A DNA stretch of 64,000 bases from positions 1,364,001 to 1,428,000 of the forward strand of contig JAYWIR010000013.1 of assembly GCA_036172245.1 (NCBI GenBank). The letters are read 5' to 3'. The notes beneath the pieces were generated by a model. The model was given only the letters and a program-made list of their open reading frames with translations. It did not search any database and was not told where the DNA came from. Source of the DNA: Raillietiella orientalis (taxonomy: Eukaryota). Positions 55,956 through 64,000 of the stretch are shown piece after piece (position 1 is the first letter of the stretch; every line of letters starts with the position of its first letter). The position numbers and the translations under genes were made by a program.

Positions 55956-58549
55956 TAATCCGTAGGTGTTGATAATTGCTGGTTCCACTGAAAATTCATC
56001 AATGACAAATGAGGAATGCCATTCTTGAAAAATAATTTGGATGGAGGGAATTCATGCAGACACTCAGAACAAATCGATATGGAATATTTTTCCGTGGGAA
56101 CCTTAAAATTCTTGGTAAAATTTCATGAATGCAGAATATATCAGTCTGAGAAAAAAGATACAAGCAATGACTTTCAGTAGCAGTACTCGCATTGATAAAT
56201 AAAATATAGGTTGCTACAATATTCTGAACCTTGGTATTGAGCTTATTCACTTGTAAATTACTTAAGATTTCGTCGGCAAATACGTTATTTTAAATTCTGA
56301 ACGGCTGTTGGCATGTTAGTAATTAGCAGTATTATAGTTTGTGTGCTATGATAACTGAATTGTATGTATTGGAACTCTGTATTCTAAAATGGGCGTTTCC
56401 AACTATTGTAATATGTGCTTAGAAACCATCTAATTTACAGCGGGTTGTTTACTGCTAAGCCGTACGATGATTAAGTTGAAATCATTTGCATGACAAGCCG
56501 AAGTGCGTTTTCTATCACAAGGCGAAGCGTTGAAGTTACTCGCATGCCTTCCTGGGTGACACGGAAAAGGAACAAAAGGGAGCAGAAGCCTTTGAAAAGA
56601 ATTGAAGGAGGATGGAGTATTAAGTGGTAATTGTAAGCCAACGCCCGCTGTAACAAGGGTTCTTTGTAATCACATCAACTTGATGAGTACGACTGCTGGT
56701 ATCATTTTGGGCAATGGTGACACTTCTCGTATTCGTTGTTTTGAAGCTTGAGGTGAATTTTGGACCTGCTAAAAAGAAAAGAAAAAAAAAAAACAGCGGA
56801 TGGGACGAAAGCACAAATCATTGTTCGGATGCTCTAAAATTCTCAGGAATATGGAATTCGATTGAGTGATGGAGCCTTTTCACGATATTCATTCATGTGT
56901 ATTCATGAGACATATTGGTAGTTAATGCCAAAATAAGACTGCAAGAAAGTATTTTCATGAATGGTTCTTAAATTTGGAAGATTAAAATAATAACCTTTCA
57001 ATATAACTTTGTGAATTTAGTCTATAATTATGAAACAGAAGTCACCATAATGCATAATGCAGAAGTATCATTGATTTTGGTAGAGAACTTGATCATGTTG
57101 GTAGGTATGGAATTCTAACAAAAATCTCCCTCATTTTGTGGATAGGTGATCGGCGATGTTGCTACACTTGTGGTCTAATGAGTTGAATGAACATTCACCT
57201 GCGAACACTAATAAAATAACTACGTACTTTTAAGCATCTTTAAAAAACTGCTACAGTATTTTGAAGGTACTAAACAAATAATAACTTAATTTTTCGCACA
57301 ATAAATGGGCATGGTCAGTTGCTAAAGGTGGAATAGCACAGTGGGTGGACTACATGGTGTATTTTTTTTTTTTGAAGTTAAACAAAGTCAGTTTGTGGTT
57401 TGGCAAACTAAGTTGCAACCACAACTGCTTGCAAGTACACTTGGATTGTCATCCAAATATTTGGAGAATCACATTGGGAGCTTCAATCCTTTAGCCATGA
57501 TTAGTTTATATTTTTCACTCTGTGTGTCTTACAAAATGTTACTGAGTTCTGATTAGAAGTCATTTTGGAAATTTCATTAATATTTCATTCATACAGCTCT
57601 TGCAAGTAATATCCATGAATTTCCTAGTATGTCATTTCTAAGTGATTACCATGACCAAATTTTATGCACTTGTTGAACAGATTTCTATATACCAAGCAAC
57701 AGCAGCCCTAAGTGTTTTCCTGGAATGCTATGTGGTGCACCATCCATGATCTGAGGGATTTTGCTTCCAAAATCTCTCAGATTAGCTTTTCTGTACTTCA
57801 AAATAGGATGAAACCTGGGAATATGTGATTGATCATTTATGACATTGAGTAGCCCTTTAAACAGAACTGCCTACAAAATTTGCTTTATCAATTATTTCTT
57901 CCACTGTAACAATATTGGACACATTTTTCCAACAAACTATATAAGCTTGCAGATGATACTATTAATGAATTTATTCCAGGAACATAATCACTCTTTGTAT
58001 CACATTTTCTAAGGATTACAACAGACGTGCAAATAATAGCAAAATACAGATAGTATGAACAATCAGATACAAAGTACACACAGTACAATCCTAAGAATAT
58101 GCCTAAAAATTGTAACATGAAACCACCAAACACCAGCAATAAAAAAAAAAATTTTTTAGTTATAAAAAGTTTTTGAAGTGTTTATCGTCTTCATGTTCTC
58201 GTAAATTACAGAACAACTGTATGTAAAAGGCATTGTATAAAAAAATTCTGGAATCAGATTTTCATCCTATGCAATTGAAAATTGCCATCCATTTCATTAG
58301 ATTATCCATCAAACTCCCATTCTGTTGAAACATTCAGAGTTAAGTGCAATTTATAATAAGAAAACTTTTATTGTGATGAACAAAAATTTGCAAAATACAC
58401 CTCTGATAGTTTAAATATTCAATCTTATCATCCTAACATAAACATTTATTAGCTCTGATAAGCATGCATATCTGATAATTTCTTATTTAAGATTGCATTG
58501 GATGATGTACTGTGTGTACTACTTTGGCAGCCACTCTTTGACATTAGTT

Positions 58550-59756
58550 CAGTCTTTCCTGCAGCCAATCTGTTTGTTTTGAAGGTATAATCTATTTCAA
58601 TTTTTGATAATCTTACCTGGAAGTGGAATCATTAGCGGTACCTGCTAAACTTGGAAAATACTCTTCAGAGAAAACAAATGGTGCTGCTTTGCCTCTGTGT
58701 CTGGAACCTAAGCAGCAATTTAAAGTTAAAGTACAGTACTTGTTTAGAACTACCTGTAAATGGTTTTTGCTTCATGTGAGGAGGTACATATTTGCCACCA
58801 ACAACAGGTGGCTCAGGAGCAGGAATCTCAGGTTCAGGAGTAACTTCTAGAAAAGCTCATAATTACAACACAAAAATATACTTTAAACTCCTGCATTTCT
58901 ACAATTTCCAGAAGACCAGCAGAGAATTATCATGGCATGCCAATGTGATTCCAAAGATTATAAAATCAAGAAACCATATTGTATATAGCACAAAACAAGT
59001 AGCTGTCAACAGATTAAGCTTCCCAAAATCAAAATTAAAAATAATTATCCACAGAATCCAATCAAATTGGAGATATTAATACCATTCTATCTAAATGTAC
59101 TATACTGTTCACCAGAATTACGTGAAAACATACTTAAAATATGAGGTACAAAATAAAGTGAGCTGCACTTTGGAATTGTAATTATGCCAATGCACTTAAT
59201 AAAGTGCACTTTTAATGCTATTTTTATTTACTTTATTACTTACTAGGTTGCTCTATCTCCTGTTGTGGAGTTATGCTTATCCTGTTCCATGGACCAGAAT
59301 GGGCTTTGTCACTTTTATCTTCCTGGTCCTCCTCATTTGAGATAATAGCACCGTTCTCATCATCATTATTATCCTTTAGTTTCAGCTGCTGAATTTTCAA
59401 GCCAGAATAATCTTTTTCCTTTTCATCTTCAAAGTCGGCCCAGCCTTCCTCCTCCTATGAAAGCTAAGTAAATAAAAGGAATTGGGACACACTATCCTTA
59501 AGATAACGTAATGTTTGGAGATTGGTTATCTATATATGAGCACAATAACTACAAACTGCATCCCAATGAACTCAAGAGGGAATACCTCAAGATTTACTTC
59601 TGTTTTTAAAGTCAAATTAGCATGTTTATCTTTCTTAATATTTTTATCAGATCTTTTGTTATCCTCTTCTAGATTTTTGGCAAGCACATCATATGTTGTA
59701 AACTTTTTATTTTTTTTCTTATCTTTTTTAGCAAAGAAACTATCTAGATCTGCCAT
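58550..59756 (-). CDS. CDV3: CDV3 homolog (about 5 exons; 3' end approximate)
   Basis: MADLDSFFAKKDKKK from ATG 59756; exon about 59454-59245 EEEGWADFEDEKEKDYSGLKIQQL...SGPWN; exon about 58846-58755 GKYVPPHMK; exon about 58707-58617 APFVFSEEYFPSL. These are all CDV3-family motifs. Confidence 0.9.
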
Positions 59757-62700
59757 ATTCAGTATATGTATTGAAAATTTTATCCATGCTAAAACATAAA
59801 CCAGTGAATAAATCAAGTGAGGGTTATATCAACAGATGATTCCAATAAATTTATGAGTTTGACACAAAAAAATATCGATTCAAGCACTTCATTCAAATTG
59901 GAAATTTACTTCTAAACATTTATATATGTTGACATTAGTAATGTTGCCTTCTCATTTGAATGTGACAAACATCAATCGAATTTAATGTGACTGTTTGGCA
60001 CTTTAATAAATCTGCGGCAGTAACACATGCAAGAGTTCAAAAATTGCATACAGTATTGACAAAATAATAAATGTAGGCATCGACAAAAATGAATAAATGC
60101 TTTGAAAAGTTTGAAGCATTTTCTTTTAGAGAGAAAATGCATTTTCAACAATTTGTTAATGCATTGAATTCACCCAATATATCAGATGGTGTAAATTTCT
60201 TCTGGTACAATGTGGAGCCTACATGAAACAATCTTGCATCAAAAATCTCGGCTTGTAGTGCACGTTTGTGATTCTTTTATATTATAACACGTGTTAAGCA
60301 AACAACTGAGCCACTTCGAAAGCAGCATAAATGCCTATCTGCATTTCTACCTGATAAACCCATAAATGAAATATTTCGATCAAAACATTTTCCAAACTGA
60401 ATCTAGCCAATAATTAGTAGTGGGGCAAACTAGACATACGCTCCTCAAGAGAATGAACAATTATGAAATTATCTTGTTCCTCCCTCTGTACTTTCAATCT
60501 CCTTCTTTATTAGCATTACATGGGATATCTATTTCAAACTGAGAAACGAGGAAACTTCTACAGAGTAAGACAAGCACGTGGATGAACTTTCAATATTTTT
60601 CCTGGCAGAAAAAGAAACTGATAACTTCTTCATTTTTTGTATCATAAACGACTACAACAAGCACTTGCTGTTCACGAGTTCAGCGCAAAAAAACCTCATT
60701 CAGTTCCGATTGCATGATTGATACATACAAATGATATAACAATGCTTAGGGAACTAACAGAGAAAATTCGATGGAATGATTATTCATTTCAAAATCAATT
60801 TACACCTTGACTGACATCAACTTAAGAAGAATGCATTGTGGCACGTATATGTACATAGTTACGATCATGTACCAACTCGATACGAGTGACCACTTCCCAA
60901 CGTAAGGTCTGATATTAGCAACCATGTTACTATAAAAGATAAAAACAGTCCGTTTTATCCACCATGTTCTAATGTGTTTGTCAGCATGCATTCTAGTAAG
61001 ATTTTAACTAGTTGTTACGCTTCCATAATCTTCTGGATAATTGTTATTTAGAAAAAGCATGTGTTTTACCAAGCAAATGCTGTTGCCAACAAAAGTTAGC
61101 ACTTGAAAAATTCATATAGTATGGATTCTGCGAATGCTTATTACTTCTACGATTAATTAATAAATACTAATTAGATAGCATTCTAAGTAATTCTTCCATT
61201 TACGACCTTGAAACCAATACTTTAATACCATAAATATTTTTAGGAATTGTAAGTAAAGTATCGATATGGAACTGACCCATTTTAAAGTAAAAGGTAAAAG
61301 AGAAATGAAAAGTTGCATACTAAAAGTTCTGAATGGTTTGAAATGAAGAGGAAAAAAACCTGAATAAACTCTGTTAATAGTTCACTTGCAAAAAATCTAT
61401 GTATTTTCAGACCTGTCAATTAGCCTTCCATGGAAGTTGAAACTTTCAATACATTTGAAAAAGCATTAACAAAATTAACTGCTAAGTTTTTTCATACTGT
61501 GTCGCTCAACTTGAATTCATTCGATAGAAAGCATCACTTTCTGGAATAATTATAAAGAATGCACAATATCCAAGAAGTTGAACAATTATTTGATAAATTA
61601 AATATTCTTTGAGGTAAGAGTAGTTCGAGGATGCGCATTTTCTCTCAGAGGTAAATTTGTCAGATATTGTGATCATAGTTGATAAATTTCACATTTCCTT
61701 TCATGTTTCGCCTTTTTTTTTTAATCTAAATTCTCATAAACTTGCAGTTTTTAATTTCTCTTCTCTGCCTAGCAGACAACTCAAGTTAACAAGAAATGCA
61801 ACTTTGGCATTTACGCTATTTACAAACATTTATTTGTTCATTTGAGTGTTTGCCAATTAATCCCGTTTTAGGTACCTCAACGAATACTGGAAAAAAAAAA
61901 AAAAAACTTATTAGAAAAATATAAAATATACCTTGTTTCTTTTTGCTTCTACTCATTTTTGTGTTTAATTGAATGTCTAATTTATTTGAGATACATTTAA
62001 TAATTCCGTTATTGAATGTTCTTGTTTTTCTTTTAAGAGATACAATTTCCTTTGTGCATCAGTATACACATTACTGAATATCGTGCATGCTTGTCTTCAG
62101 TCTTCAAGCTCCACAAAAGAAAAACTTCTCCTTTCCCTCTTGTTATGATGAAGTTTCATGTAATTATTTGGTTAGAATTTCCATTTCATTAAACTAACGA
62201 AATTTCCTGAGAATCGTAATCATGGTGTAAGTTCCATTAAGCAACTGCTGGTTATCCAGAAACTGATCATAAATACCTCAACCGCCAGAAAGTTTTGTAA
62301 TAAAAAAAAAACTGGTGCATTTCTCTGCGTTCGATCGCTCTACTTAACGATAAATGCGTTTGATTATTTTAAAGCAAAATGCCAGTGCTTTTCCACTAGT
62401 TGAGCGCAAGTTATGAAATCGAGTCGATAGCCATGATTTGTGGCTTGCCGAGCACGTGAAATGCTGTCAGCGGATCCACATGCTGATGACGTGATTGTTC
62501 TTCACCATTGAATGTTCACTGAATCTGATAATTTAGCCTGATACCTAAGCTTAGTCCCGAGCATTGCATTGAGGTTGGCCTCTGATACTACACGTGGCAA
62601 AACCAAAAACTCATACGAAATTGACGGAAATAAGCATTTAGTGGCAAACCCTTCCCTGAACTTCCTTTCAGTATAGCGACTTTCTGTGAGGATAATATGT

Positions 62701-64000
62701 TGGTTCATTGGTATACATAGGAAACTCGAGCGAAGGATGGTTCATGACCAACTTGAAAACCAAAAGATTGCTTTTATTATTTGTAATTTTTTTTTTTGTT
62801 TAAAAAAGGTGTCTTATCCTCAGTGGCACTGAATCAGTGCAAACTACTGCTCTAATAGATGTTTTTATGTTTTTACGCTATTTTCTCGCATGTCGCAGCC
62901 TTATGTCAGCAGGATCTCACAAAAGAAAGGTACATATCTAAATGCTCGCACAACTGGGGACTCGGACTTCAGATTGCAATACCAATGGAGTGTTCCGAGC
63001 AAGCTGCGTGGATTTTATGCACCTTTGATAAATCAACTTTACACCTCATCTAGTCTACAACACTTAAACACCGTCACGGAAGGAGTTTGTGGGATTTGGC
63101 GTGTTTGTCCCTGTTATAGGAATGCATAATTCATTCTTTTCTGAAGGACTTATTCGCCCTGTAGGCACGGAATGCAAAAGGTGAAGAACAGTTACATTCC
63201 TATATTGTAACCACACCAGGAGTGGCTCGTAAATGAAATGATTAGGCAGGGGAATCGGCCTGGAACAAATACAACCCTGTGCATTTGAAACGTTTGGGTA
63301 TGATTACTGCATTTTCAAATTAATCGTTTGGTTTGAAATTAGAGAATTTGAGGACGGCACAATTTAGGGTTTGCCATTCTTCGGAGTTGCCGAGGGAATG
63401 AGCTGTATCCTGTAACCTTGTAAATGAGATCTTGATTGAGCAAGGTAAAAACCATTAGTTCCAATTTTGGGCATATCAGAATTAAAGATTCCATTTCCGG
63501 AGCGTGAACTGAGCTGCATGTTATGCATGCCATGTTAGATTGTGAGGATGAAACTGTGATTGTACCACTTTATTGTGATGTGGTTGTATCCAATAATTAA
63601 TATTTCTCTCTTTCTGTAAAAAAACGAGTCATCCCAGGGTGTGTTAAGAGTTCCATGTCCAAAAAAATAAACATTTAACAAAATCTTCTAAGCATCCTAA
63701 GAATCTATGTGATTTGACAGATATGGAAACAAACCTTGTTTTGTAAGATATGCATATAAAAGGGCTGCTGTATGATTCATACGACGTGTTCTGTGTCCAG
63801 GTGAACTGAACAACTAAAGATTTTATATATTATGTAAATACATCATTTGATGCCCAACAGAAACAATTTCAAAACATGGGCTTTCTGTGCATGTAACAAT
63901 GAAAACAGTGCAGAATTCTCTCAGTGAATTGAAAGTTTGAACAAAATGACAAACTTTAATGAAAAGGCATCCATGGTTTTTATGGAACAAGCATTTGTTT

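Noticed and set aside
61259..61266. DRE-like TATCGATA 1.5 kb upstream of CDV3
   Set aside because: A single 8-mer in AT-rich DNA with unknown TSS; compatible with chance.

Overview
This is eukaryotic (metazoan) genomic DNA, not prokaryotic. The G-alpha-q sequence looks arthropod-like, closest from memory to crustacean/chelicerate forms, but the taxon is inferred. Seven conserved genes can be reconstructed by hand: G-alpha-q (+, 8 coding exons), SPPL2 intramembrane protease (-, 9-10 exons), Atos/FAM214 (+, 5 exons), an intronless divergent Rad6/UBE2A (-), mitochondrial seryl-tRNA synthetase SARS2 (-), ORC2 (-) and CDV3 (-). Most introns are tiny GT-AG introns of about 41-56 nt. AT-rich, CpG-poor housekeeping blocks flank a roughly 26 kb GC/CpG-rich domain (about 18.7-45.3 kb) that holds Atos, an orphan coiled-coil plus C-terminal transmembrane ORF and other exon-like fragments. 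The most striking feature is the operon-like ORC2 > SARS2 > Rad6 cluster. SARS2 starts 61 nt after the ORC2 stop, directly behind a strong splice acceptor, with an apparent mitochondrial presequence but no usable AUG of its own. This points to a polycistronic transcript resolved by an AUG-donating trans-spliced leader, or to an initiator exon hidden inside ORC2. No rRNA, tRNA, CRISPR array or intact transposon was recognised. All coordinates were derived by manual reading; no searches were run.
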